DNA from: Yuukianura sp. NJ FZ-2021
Lineage: Eukaryota
NCBI GenBank assembly: GCA_046563655.1
Contig: CM102288.1
Coordinates: 682,001 to 746,000, forward strand
Direction of reading: 5' to 3'
Length of the DNA stretch: 64,000 nucleotides
The translations under genes were made by a program, and so were the position numbers. Shown in pieces: positions 40,101 through 51,800 of this stretch. The notes under the pieces were generated by a model. The model was not told the DNA's origin. It saw nothing but the letters and a program-made list of their open reading frames with translations, and did not search any database. Every line of letters starts with the position of its first letter. Within the stretch, counting starts at the first letter, position 1.

Positions 40101-43100
40101 CACGTTTTGTGTTGACCTGCTTGGTTTTTTTTTGATGAAATGAATGTTGACCTGTTTGCTTTGTGATGCTGAGCATAATAATTTTCGGATTGCGAATAAA
40201 AAGCGGAAACTGAGCACCTTAATTTTGATTTATTAGGTTAAGCCTGAACGCTCCACCGACTCCATCCGCACTAAGTTCATCGTTCGCCTTTTTTATTTTC
40301 AAATCTCTGCTCCTGTTTTTTGGCTGCTCTCATTTTCTTTTTCCGCTTCTGTGACTATAGCGGATTGGTTTGCCGCTTGTTGCTTCTGGTTTGAGGCGAC
40401 CAGCGGTCGCCTGCCTGTCGACACACAAGAAGTCGTCGACGTGGAAACTATAATAGACTCCTGTTGTCCATGGTTTCTTAAAAAAAACGAATCCTTTCCA
40501 GAGTGAGTGGCGCGTGTCAGTTCATTTCCTGTTTTCTTCAAGTCTCTCTTTTTTTTAGAAAAGAGATTTAACCCCTTTTTTTTTTGTAAACCAAAAACCC
40601 ACAAAAATGAGAAGAGTCTTAAAAAAGTAGAAAAACAATCTTTTTCCGTTTTTTGTAAATAGAAGTTGCTCCTGCAAGTTGAAGATACGAACAAGAATTG
40701 GGTTTCTTGAAAATAGGATGAAACAGACGCTGTTTCATGTTTTCAAATGAGACAGTTTCAGTTTTCAAAGGCTTGTTCTCTTTTTAAAACAAAGACCGGA
40801 GGAGACAAAGTTCCCATTTATTAATTTATGACTTTCTGTTCAAAAGACACATTTTTAGATGTTTTTAAAAAAAAACATCATTTTTGATTTTCTTTTTGTC
40901 AAAAAACCGATTTTTAAACTCAAAAAAGAAACACACGATTAGCACCTTAAACGATCTTGGTCAGCTTAAAAATATTTTGGTATAATTATAAAATTTAGAA
41001 ATTCAATCGGCATTTTGTACTTCACAGTTTTATAACTAGAGAAAAACTAAAATTTTCTTACAAAAAATGTTTGTCAAGTTTTCAAAATTTTTAACTTTTT
41101 TTTTTGAAATTTCCAGTTGGGCTTTTTCACTTACTACACCGTTTGGCATGGAGAAGTTTCCAGTTCCGGTCCACTACCGATTGACTCCATTTTTGTATAC
41201 CGACCGGACAAGCGTCAAGAAGTTTGGAGATTTTTCTTTTACATGGTTCTTCACTCCGGGTAAGTACTTTTTAGTCTACTTAAGATAACGTTAAGTTAGT
41301 TACATTATGAGGTCAACCATACATTGAGTGACCTCAGGGTCAACGAGGTCAATCGTTTTTTTCAAAATCTCTCCCCTGAGTTTCTAATAATCTTGTTTCG
41401 GTGATAATCGTTTTCTCCTCTCCAAAAAACTTTTCCCACACTTTCCAATTTTTTCTTTTTTCTTTTTTATGGTAGCAGTAGTTAGTAGCGGTGGCGCAGA
41501 AATTCAAATAATGAGATTTCAGTAACGGAAACGACCTGGTCATTACACTTAGCAGCGAAGGCCCAATTTCGTTTTCACTCTTATCTTCCTTGGCGGGGAA
41601 AAAAAAGTTAAACGCCTAGCAGAGAAAGTCGCTTTCTTCACTTCCTTTTCTCCTCCAAACTCTCTTCGCTTTTCTTTCAGCCGTTTTATCTTTTCGTTTT
41701 AGCTCCACCAGCTTCTGCAGTAACTACAATGGACCAAGGGCTGTGTGCTAAACTTGAAAAAATAAGAAACAGAACGAGCGAAGAGTTAATCTTCCATTAG
41801 AATTTTCATCCTACAGCGCCTTTTTTCTTCTCAAAGATAAAGGTTTTGTTGGTGAAAAGTTCTTTCTCTTTTAGAATTCGTAAAAACAAAAGGCTTCACT
41901 TGGCGTGTGGCTGATTGTTTAAGAGAAAAAATAGTTACTCCCTTCACTACTTTTGGAAATAAGAAAAAACAGAAGGAGAAATCGCTTCCTTTAGCAGCAG
42001 ATAAATGTTATTTAAGGAACTAAAAATTCAATTATTTTTTTTCCTGGCTGGTTTTGCCAGATGAGGGAATTGTTCTTTTGTTTTCGTGGATTTTCTCCGT
42101 AAGTTTTACTTTCTCTTTTCTACTTCTCCAATCTCCTTTTCCTTTTGTTTTCTCTTCTAAAAGAGAGGAATAGAAATGGGTTTGTGTTATTTTCGACTTT
42201 CTCCTGGGAATGTTTTTTCGTTTTCTCGTTCTCAAGATGGAGAGAGATAATGTTGATTTGAAAATTTTGAAAATTTGAAATAAGAAAGGTGGAGATTTGA
42301 TAACGATTTGTCTTGCGGGCAAAAAGAAATTGGATTTTCGATTTTCGTTTTGAACATCACAGGAAGCCTTACTTCGCTTATTTTTTTTTCAGAATTTCTA
42401 GTTTAAGATTGTTGGAATTTTTTTTGAAAGTACTACAGATTTTTTACAGTTGAATTTTTTTTTGGTTTTAGATGGGTGCACCTCATGTTCAATTTGTTGG
42501 TACAACTGTTAGTTGGCCTCCCACTGGAAATGGTTCATGGCTCACTTCGAATTGGTAAGTTATAACTTCAAAAACGAAATAATTTGAAAAAGTAATTTCA
42601 AAAACGAAAAATAGAAAGTAACTTTCCAAAAATCAAACTCTGAAGTTTTACCAAAAACAAATTTTCCTTCCTGTTGCTTTAACTGCGTCTCTAGCAAGAT
42701 ATAAAACGTCAAGGAAAGTCTTCCATCATTTCGAAACCTGAAAACTAAAAAACTTTTTTGAGAACTGAAACTTTTTGAGAGTCGAAATGAGTTGATAAAA
42801 CTTTTGTGTTGTTCAAATTTGAACTTTTGTGAGTTTCGAAAGCCTTCAGGTTAGTCAACTTCTGTAAAAGGAGTTAGAAATGATGAATTTTTGGCTAATG
42901 AGACTGTCATGGCGGGTTGTTATTAAACATATTGTGTGTGTTTTTGTCCGTAGGGTGTGTGTACATGGCTGGAGTTTTGGCGGGTTCCCTAGGGACTTCT
43001 GTCTTTGATCCAGACGTGTACTTGGTCGGTGCTTCAGGGGGTAAGTGTCAAAAAAGTTTCCAAATTTTGAAACTTTTTTTTTTACAAAAAAAACTTTTTC

Positions 43101-43584
43101 GGTTTTTGACATTGTCGTTTGTGTGGTGCAGGAGTCTACGCGCTTCTTGCAGCTCATTTGGCCAATGTCCTTATCAACTACAACAACATGGAGTTTGGAC
43201 TTGTACGACTTCTGGGAGTGTTTCTCATTGGTAAGCCAAAGGAATGCAGAGGAGGAGGAAAAATTTGACCTTGACCTTTGACCTTTTTTGACCTTGACCT
43301 TTGACCTTTGATGTTTTTTAGCGAGCGTGGACGTGGGATTTGCCATTTACGACCGATATGCCGCCATTCCACTCACTGACGGCTCAATCCCGCCCGTGTC
43401 CTACGTTGCCCACTTGACGGGGGCCCTTGCAGGGCTCACCATAGGGCTCCTCGTTCTCAAAAACTTTGAGCAGAAGCTAAGGGAACAGCTCATGTGGTGG
43501 CTCGCCCTGGGCATCTACGGTGCTTGCACACTCTTTGCAATTCTGTTCAACATCTTCCATCCCGCCAGTCCCACGTACCCTTAA
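16112..43584 (+). CDS. rho: Rhomboid intramembrane serine protease (rho/stet/RHBDL3-like) with N-terminal EF-hand-like region, 517 aa
   Basis: Eight phase-consistent exons: 16112-16750, 34209-34330, 36868-36985, 41117-41259, 42472-42554, 42954-43040, 43132-43230, 43322-43584 (1554 nt). Motifs [28 protein letters not shown], catalytic GASGG and [13 protein letters not shown]. Confidence 0.92.
17828..18595 (-). CDS. Nested antisense gene: secreted coiled-coil protein, 175 aa
   Basis: Exons 18595-18503 ([31 protein letters not shown]), 18394-18328 ([22 protein letters not shown]) and 18195-17828 splice GT-AG in phase, 528 nt in total. AATAAA overlaps the stop codon. Confidence 0.75.
35101..35220. 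repeat. 40-bp tandem repeat, 3 copies
   Basis: Unit approximately AAATTTTAACGCAACCAAGGAAAGTTTCAATTTTTGGAGT starting at 35101, 35141 and 35181, in rhomboid intron 2. Confidence 0.9.
38520..39126. mobile_element. Palindromic MITE/foldback-like element with 257-bp inverted arms
   Basis: Arms 38520-38776 and 38870-39126 are reverse complements with 3 mismatches; looser pairing continues into the spacer. No coding capacity and no clear TSD. Confidence 0.8.
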
Positions 43585-43741
43585 GGGCCTGTCATGTCAA
43601 AGGTCACGTGACGAAACTTCAAACTTCTACCCAGGACCTGCCCGACCACAAGAAACTTACAAAAACTTCAACCCTGGACCCGCCCTAGCGCCAGAAAGAT
43701 GAGTGATAAGCTAGTACTTACTGTAATAAAGTAAAAGTAGA

Positions 43742-44548
43742 GGGTCCATGCCAATACATCGAAAAAAAGACATCGAAACGAAAGACATCGACACGAAAGA
43801 CATCGACACGAAAGACATCGACAATAGAAACACATCGACAATGAAACACATCGACCCGAAAGACATCGACAAAAAAGACATCGACAATAGAAACACATCG
43901 ACAATGAAAACACATCGACACAAAAGACATAAACAGAAATTTTATTTTTTATACCCGGAAATGAAATTGGGCCATTTTTTTTCCAAAATTTCCCGAAAAG
44001 TCCAAAAAATTTACGTAAATATTTACTAAGAACGTAAATATTTTTTCCCGTCAAATCGGCCGAAATATTTAAAAAATATGTAACATGTAAGTACATATGT
44101 TTGACATCCCTGGTATGTCACTATGGCGTGCTTTACCAAACCTATTGCCGCGCCTTCGGCGCGGTACCGCAAGCTAAGCTAGCCACACGTCATCAGTATT
44201 GCCAGACATTTTTTTCTTCAAAATTTTGAAAAAAAAATGGCTCAATTTCATTTGCGGGTATAAAAAATAAAATTTCTGTCGATGTCTTTTGTGTCGATGT
44301 ATTTCGTTGTCGATGTATTTTTATTGTCGATGTCTTTTTGGTCGATGTCTTTTTTGTCGATGTGTTTCATTGTCGATGTATTTCTATTGTCGATGTCTTT
44401 TTGGTCGATGTCTTTTTTGTCGATGTGTTTCATTGTCGATGTATTTCTATTGTCGATGTATTTCTATTGTCGATGTCTTTTTGGTCGATGTCTTTTTGTC
44501 GATGTCTTTTGTGTCGATGTCTTTTTTTCGATGTAATGGCGTGCTTCG
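43742..44548. mobile_element. Non-autonomous foldback-type DNA transposon with subterminal ACATCGAC repeat arrays and 8-bp TSD
   Basis: Inverted arms (about 43747-43990 and 44222-44543) built of 15-16-bp ACATCGAC units. Direct repeat AAAGTAGA at 43734-43741 and 44549-44556 is placed symmetrically. Internal hairpin CCGCGCC-TTC-GGCGCGG at 44148-44164. Confidence 0.85.
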
Positions 44549-45855
44549 AAAGTAGAAACTAAGTTTCTAATTAAGTGTAATTAACTAAGAGATCTAATGG
44601 ATCACGTTCATTTCTCAAAGTGTCACAACAGATCAGATGACCCCTTAAGTCCCCCCTCCCGCCATGTCATGTCACGCCACACTTGGCGTCAAGGAAAAGA
44701 CATTTTGATACGAAAAACAAAGTGAAAGTACTTTTCGCCTTTTCCCTCAATCCCGCTAAACTACATACATTTTTGTGTAAAGTTCTGATGCAGGTCAATG
44801 ACCCAAATGCAGGTCAATGACCTTCCCCCAGGGGGAAACTTGTCTACCGGGTATTATATCCTTCTTTGTCGATGTGAATTCCTACAAAAGCGTAAAAACC
44901 TTTTCCTGTGCAAAACAAAAGTGTAAATTGCTCTGTATTTTTGTCTAGTCAAAGAGTCAAAACTATTTACGTATTTAGAACTTAATTGATGTCAATATAA
45001 AATGTACAGTTAAATGTGTAAAATGTAATCGTAGGTTAAGGTCAGAGGTTTTGGAGAGAGGTCAAAGGTCAATGACCTCTTGACCTCTTCAACCACTCCT
45101 ACTGCCAAAAGGTGTGACAGAGTTACCAAATCTAGCACTTTTGCATTCGCACACACTTAAATTTAAGCTAACAAAAATGACAGTAGTCGAGGTTTCTGTT
45201 TTGTTTAAAAAAGTGTTCAAAGTTAAAAAAATATCAGAAATTCGAAAACATATCTTTGAGTTTATCATGCAGTGAAAACTGGTTGTCAAAAAACTGCAAA
45301 AGTGAAAACAAAAACTTTCTCCTCCTTGGTCAATTATTTTCCTAAGTTTAATGGAATTTGTTAAGTTAAAATCAGACTGAACCTTTTGTCGTTATTACTA
45401 AATTCTTATTTAATTTTTGTATTTATTTAATTGTAATTAACTTTAACCACAATTACTTAGAACACTTATAAAATCCAATGTTACAAGTGCAACAAAAACG
45501 TCAAAGTTTAGAGTTACTTCTTTTTACGTTCCAGTCCATAATGTCGTGGATTTGTGTTTAGTAATTAGTAAATATACAGAAACCGTTTGAGTAAATCTGC
45601 CAACAAACAAACTTTAAATTAACTTAATCATGGCTTCCTTTAATTAAATCTGAAGTTTACAAAATATGAATTTACTTTCCCCACAAACACTCAAGGACTC
45701 CTTTACACCTTTGCATTTCAAAACTTTTTCCACTTTCACTTTTCAGTCTACAAAACTTTCACTCTTTTTTCTTCTTTTCTGTTCAATAATTCTGGAAAAT
45801 TAGGCTTAACCACAAACTTCTTTTGACAAAAACTTGTTAACAGTCCAAAAATGAA

Positions 45856-48800
45856 CTACTTGGCCAGATTTTTAATAAACGTGGACAAGTCATACTCCTC
45901 GTCGTAGGCCTTGTCATCCCACAAGTCAGGAATATTTTCAATGAGACTCTTATATCCGCCCACAATCCCTCCAACGTCTTCCTCTCTTTTCTTCCCGCCT
46001 TTCTCCTTCGAGTCTTCCAGAACAAATAGATCCAAGAGCTACGTGACCACAAAGAAAGCAAATACAACAATTACATTCCTCTCTCCACTCCAGCATCACC
46101 AATAGTACTGGCAGCACAATTCAACCGATGCTGGCAGCATCATGCTGCTCCTGAGCTTACTTGATCAGTCGCCATCGTTTCGATGCAAGAGTTGTCTTGG
46201 CTGATCACCGTATTCGCCGTGAGCAGTTTGAACTTTTGTAATCTAAAAAAAGGAACAAAAGAATAAGTTTTTAGTATAATTTCCATTGCATTGAGGCTCA
46301 TTCAATCTCTTTTAAAAAGAAAAGTAGCGATGTCTTACCCCATAATTTTCTCTTCGAGCGTCCCTCTCGTAATGAGTCGGTAGACGTTGACAACTTTCTT
46401 TTGTCCAATTCGATGAGCTCGATCTTTAGTGCAAAAAGGACAAAAAAGTAAGAAAAAAGAAGAATGAGTAAAAGTAGGGCGCGGGTGGAGCAGTTCCTGG
46501 TTCGGGTGGATCCGAAAGCAGGAGAAAGCTCCTTTCACTTAACAAAAGCTTTTCTTTAGACTTTCTTTTTGCTTACCCATCGCTTGAAGATCTCTCCTGA
46601 AACACATAAGATTACAGAGTTAACAAAAGATATAATGCTTGAGAGAGACGAACAGTGTAAAAATGTTAAATTTATATAATAATAAATATAATATAAAAAA
46701 ACGAGGTTACGTACCAGGGATTCCAATCATGTTCCACAAATATCACCTTTTAAATCAAACAAAAACCAAAGTCTTTTAGTATTACTTTCACCAGCGCACG
46801 AACACCTAAAAACCGCGCTTTTCATTTCAGGCGTCAATTCGATATTCAGCGAGCTTGAAAAACGTCATTCCAAACCGGAAATAAAATAATAAAAAGTGTT
46901 CAAAATTCGAAAAAATCCGTGAGAGGTTGAAAATAATCTAATAAAACTCAAAGGCCTAACTGCATCGGGTTAAACCAAAATCAATGCAATCTTGCGTCCA
47001 AAATTTCAAATGGGATTGATCTTTACACTAAAATCTCAAATTATGAAACCCATATTTTTCGAAATTGTTAAAAAGAAAAGAAATGCCATTCCATCGATCA
47101 CAGACAAATCAAAAAAAGTTAGTGCTTATTCTGAAGAATAAACAATCGCTCTTTTCATTCTTCTTCTTTCGAAAAGAAAGAAAAAGCCAAAAACGATAAG
47201 AACCCCATTTCAAGTTGAACTTTCTTCATTTTTCTTTTTGCTTTCTCTTCAAAAAAAAAGTTTTCAAAGAATGACAACAGATATTTTTTCTCTTTAAGGC
47301 TTAAGAGCTCATGGCTCCCTTATATCACCGCTTTTCACAAAAAAAAATCTTTTGTTTGGAAATTGACACGCCCAAGCGGTCACTCTAACAAAAAATGGTG
47401 CAGATTTCACCACAGTCATTGATTAACTAATATTTCCCGCTCACTTTTCAATTTTGACCTCTCAAACACAATTTGACCTTTGACCTAAAATTCAATTTGA
47501 CCTTTGACCTCAAAAAGTAGCACTTACAGTATCAGCTCCTGTCAAATTGAGTCCAAGTCCACCCACTTGTGTTGTCAGCAACAAAACGTCGATTGACGGG
47601 TCATTATTGAACCTCGTTACGAGTGAATGGCGCTGAAATTCATCAAAATTGAATTAATGGTCGAACGGACAGACATGAAAACCAATACTAAACTTTTCAA
47701 AAAACAAAATTTTTTGACGAAAAAAAGTCCAAAAACTTACCTGTCCAGCCGGAACACTTCCATCTAGTCTCAAGTAAGTCACGGATGGCATGTGCCCCCT
47801 TCAAAAACAAACACAAAAAAGTTCACAAAAATTCAATAATCCCCCGACTTTCGGTTTTTGAGAGGAAAAGTGAAAGCATTAATCCATTAATCTCTCAAGA
47901 ACCTAAAACTTTTATGGCTGTCAATAAAAAGTAAAAGGCAATTGAAAAAGCGTTCCACCCTTTTCCATCAATTTCTCTTTTACATTTTCAGTATCCTCAA
48001 GTCCCCAACTAAAACTAATACAAAACTTCCAAAGATTTTTATCTTCAACTTTTCATGACTTTCCAACTCCTCTATCATTAAAAAAAGAGAGAAAATTGAT
48101 GAAAAAAGTAAATATAAAAAGAAAAAAGTTCTGAATTTCACTTAAATTACTCCACAGAGATTGAACAAATCCAAAATTGGAACAGGAAGAGCAAATTAAA
48201 AGTTAGAAAAAGAAGTTCTTACTTGAACAAGTCATTCTCCAGTATGTCCAGCATTACTTTGAGTTGGCAAAAAATGAGAGCTCGATGCTGATTGACGACG
48301 TCAATTGAGTCTGTTCCATTAGACGAATCCGTGACACCAATTCCACAATCCAGAAGAAGTTGTCTAAAAAGAGAAAGTGAGAAAATGAACCGAGTTTTAT
48401 GGACTTCTTCACCACGGGACTCGAATTCAATCAACTTCTTTTTTCTTTAAGTATTTACTTGAGTGCCGGTAGTTTAGTACTGTGCTTGATGTCATTGAGT
48501 GAACTTTTGGTTTGAGACAAATGGGTCATTATGGAAGAATACTTGGGATGTTGCGGACTGAGGACCAACTTGGGATGATTACACACTTTACGCAAGTATT
48601 GAAGTGCCTGGAAACAAAAGAACCACAAAAATGTAAAACTTAGTTTCAAAATGAAAAATTCGGAAGCACTTTGTCGTATAAGTGAGTCTTGCATTATTGA
48701 TGCCATAAACATAAACCTGGAAAATGTGCGTGTGCTTGTGGGAGTCATCAGATCCTGAAAACGTGTCACGCAGAGATTGATGAGCTCGAGTTCTAGCAAA

Positions 48801-51800
48801 ATCTTCGTACAGTTGTTCCTGAATTGTACTCAAGTCACAATAGTAGTCCTGTTCAAACAAAAACAGTTAATCAATCAACTACTGCATGTAATGTCATTTC
48901 AGCTGCATCAAAATCCTCATGTTTGGATAAAAATCGACGACATAGAACAATGTCGCATTACGACATTCGTCCATTACCTGAGTTATTTTAGGTGGCAAAT
49001 CTTTCAGTACATCTTCCTTGAGTCGACGAAGTAAAAACGGCAAAGCTTGTCGATGAAGCGCTTCCATCTAGAAAACAGTATTTTCAAAATTACTTGAACT
49101 TCAAAAAATATTTTTTGAAAATACATAATGCTAGATTTGTCTTACCGCCAAAGCTCCGCCTTCTTGGTCTTTCGGAGAGCTTTTCGGGTCCCGAGCTAGG
49201 AGAATCGGTCGTCCAAATCTAGTTGAAAACTGTTTTTCGGATCCTAGAAATCCGGGCATCAGAAAATCAAAAAGTGACCAAAGTTCAAGCACGTTGTTTT
49301 GAATCGGTGTTCCAGAGAGAATCAGTCTATGATTTGCCTTGATTTGTTTAATTGCTCGAGATATCTACAAAAGAATCCAATCAATTAACTTTCCAAATCT
49401 TTAGATTTTTCAATTTTTGTTGTTGTTGTTTGTACCTTTGTTTTTCCATTTTTGATCATGTGACCCTCATCCAGAATACAGTAGTTCCAATGAATTGCTC
49501 CAAAAAATTCGACATCATTTCTCACAATGTCGTAAGAAGCTACGACTAAATTGTGTTTAGAGATCAATGATTGGAGTTTAGTTCTTTCTGTAGGTGGACC
49601 ATGGTAGTGCAATGGATTCAGATACATCTTCTCTATGAATGTCTCAATTTCATAGACCCAGTGACCTGTCAAGGTCGGTGGACAAATGACGATTGATGGA
49701 AGAGGAGCACTGTCAGGATTCGCCGCCATCTTCAAAAATTTAGAAAAAAACACAATTTAAAAAAACAGTCAAAATTAGTTGGTTCGAGAATCCACGCTTC
49801 CTTGGCAGTGTTGCCAGCACCCCCCACACCACTGGGGACGGGAATTATTGGGGTTTTCCCCAGGCTCGGCGGTGGGAATTCGGGGCATGATGGGGATTTC
49901 GTTTTTTAAACTATATGTTTAATACATATAATTATTGTTTTAAAATTTGGAATTATGTTATTTACAAAGAGTAATTTTCCTACTAAACTTTTAACTTTTT
50001 GGAATTTGGAATTATGTTATTTACAAAGAGTAATTTTCCTACTAAACTTTTAACTTTTTGGAATTTGGAATTATGTTATTTAACAAGAGTGATTTTCCTA
50101 CTAAACTTTTAACGTTTTGAAATTTCGAATTATGTTATTTAAAAAGAGTGATTTTCCTACTAAACTTTTAACTTTTTGGAATTTCGAATTATGTTATTTA
50201 AAAAGAGTGATTTTCCTACTAAACTTTTAACGTTTTGGAATTTGGAATTATGTTATTTAAAAAGAGTGATTTTCCTACTAAACTTTTAACTTTTTGGAAT
50301 TTGGAATTATGTTATTTAAAAAGAGTGATTTTCCTACTAAACTTTTAACTTTTTGGAATTTGGAATTATGTTATTTAAAAAGAGTGATTTTCCTACTCAA
50401 GCAAGAATTCGAAACACTTTTCTTTAAATAAAAATTAAAGAAATTCTTTTTTGTGGAAATCTTTTTTCTTCCTGAATTGTCATTTCTAGTAGGATTATAG
50501 TGTTGCTTGTGACTTGAGCATTACTTTAAATTAGATTGGAAGGAAAGTAGATTAACATGTTCCCTACTGCCGTCAATGACCTCAAATGGAACGTTAGATT
50601 TAAAATTTTGAAATCCGGATTTCGGATTATCCGAGTCCGTCAAAAATCTGGATTTAAATCCGGATTGCTATCTCGATTGGTGCGTCTTACCTTGTACGCC
50701 TCAGCTCGATTGCAATGGTCACTTCCCAGAATACAAATACTTTGGAGCGTTTTGCCCAGTCCCATGTCATCACATAGAATTCCATGCAACTTGTACTTGT
50801 TCAAAAATCCAAGCCAGTTGACTCCAGCCTGTTGGTAGGGCCTCAGTTCCGCTTTAATCGGAACGCTGATTTTGTACTCTGGAATCACAGTTGGATTTAA
50901 AAGTTGTTCTAGGAAGTCTCTCTGTTCCTTCTTTTGAGTCACAAGTTCTTTAGGCAAATCGGGTGGATCTGGACAACTTCCTTCGAGTGGCATAAGACGC
51001 ACGAGTGTAGCAAATGTCAGAGAGGCCAACTGCCTCACTGCCTCATCCTGGTCACTCATTCGTCCTACAAATTCAATAGACAATGTCAGTTACATTTGAA
51101 TGGGAAATGGGCGTAAGTGACAGCTTGATCCACTTACCCAAGACAGGAACGACGAGGAGTACAATGTAAGGAAGCAAGTCCAGCCCCATTTGGTCCACGA
51201 TACACCAGAGACATTCAATGGCACCCTGGCGCAGAATGACACTCTCAATTCCACCCAGTCTTGGAATCACTTCTTTTGTCACCACTGGAATCACTTTCTC
51301 TGGAATCAGAAAAGCCCACATCGACAGACATCTTGAAGCCATATGCCGAATAGCTCCACTTTTATGGCCCAAAAGCTCACAAATTCTACTAATTTGATTT
51401 TCAATCTGAAAAAATATTCAAACCAAAACGTTTTAGTTTCAATTTCTATCATAAAACGAAAAAATTCTGATTTTGAATTTCACTTACCTCTACAAACAGG
51501 CTCAAGTGAAACTTGGACGAAATTGTTTCCAGAACTTGAAGCGCATCAAGCACTTTTCGTAATTCGTCTTCTCGAGATTCTGTAACAAAAATGTAACAAA
51601 AAAAACTCAGCTTTTTATAACTGAAATTGTGAAATTCTTCAATTTTTGGAATTTTTAGAGCATACCATCAACCGATGCAGTTTGCAAAACTCCGAAGGTC
51701 AACTCCCACAATTTGCCAACTTTCGTGGGAAGATCAACTCCGAAGAACGAAGCGATTTGTCCCAACGCTGAAGTCGCTCCTCTACGTTGTATCAAAAGAC

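Noticed and set aside
43668..44562. ORFs with KDID/CRC/SMSF repeats, and a superficially CRISPR-like array
   Set aside because: Translations of the transposon's subterminal repeats; no unique spacers, no cas genes, eukaryotic context.
45837..46070. ORF-track frame for the BTAF1 last exon
   Set aside because: Wrong frame; the conserved LWD..Y..EYDL terminus is in the frame 46038-45856.
49947..50397. 59-bp array as a CRISPR candidate
   Set aside because: Whole units repeat head-to-tail with no variable spacers.
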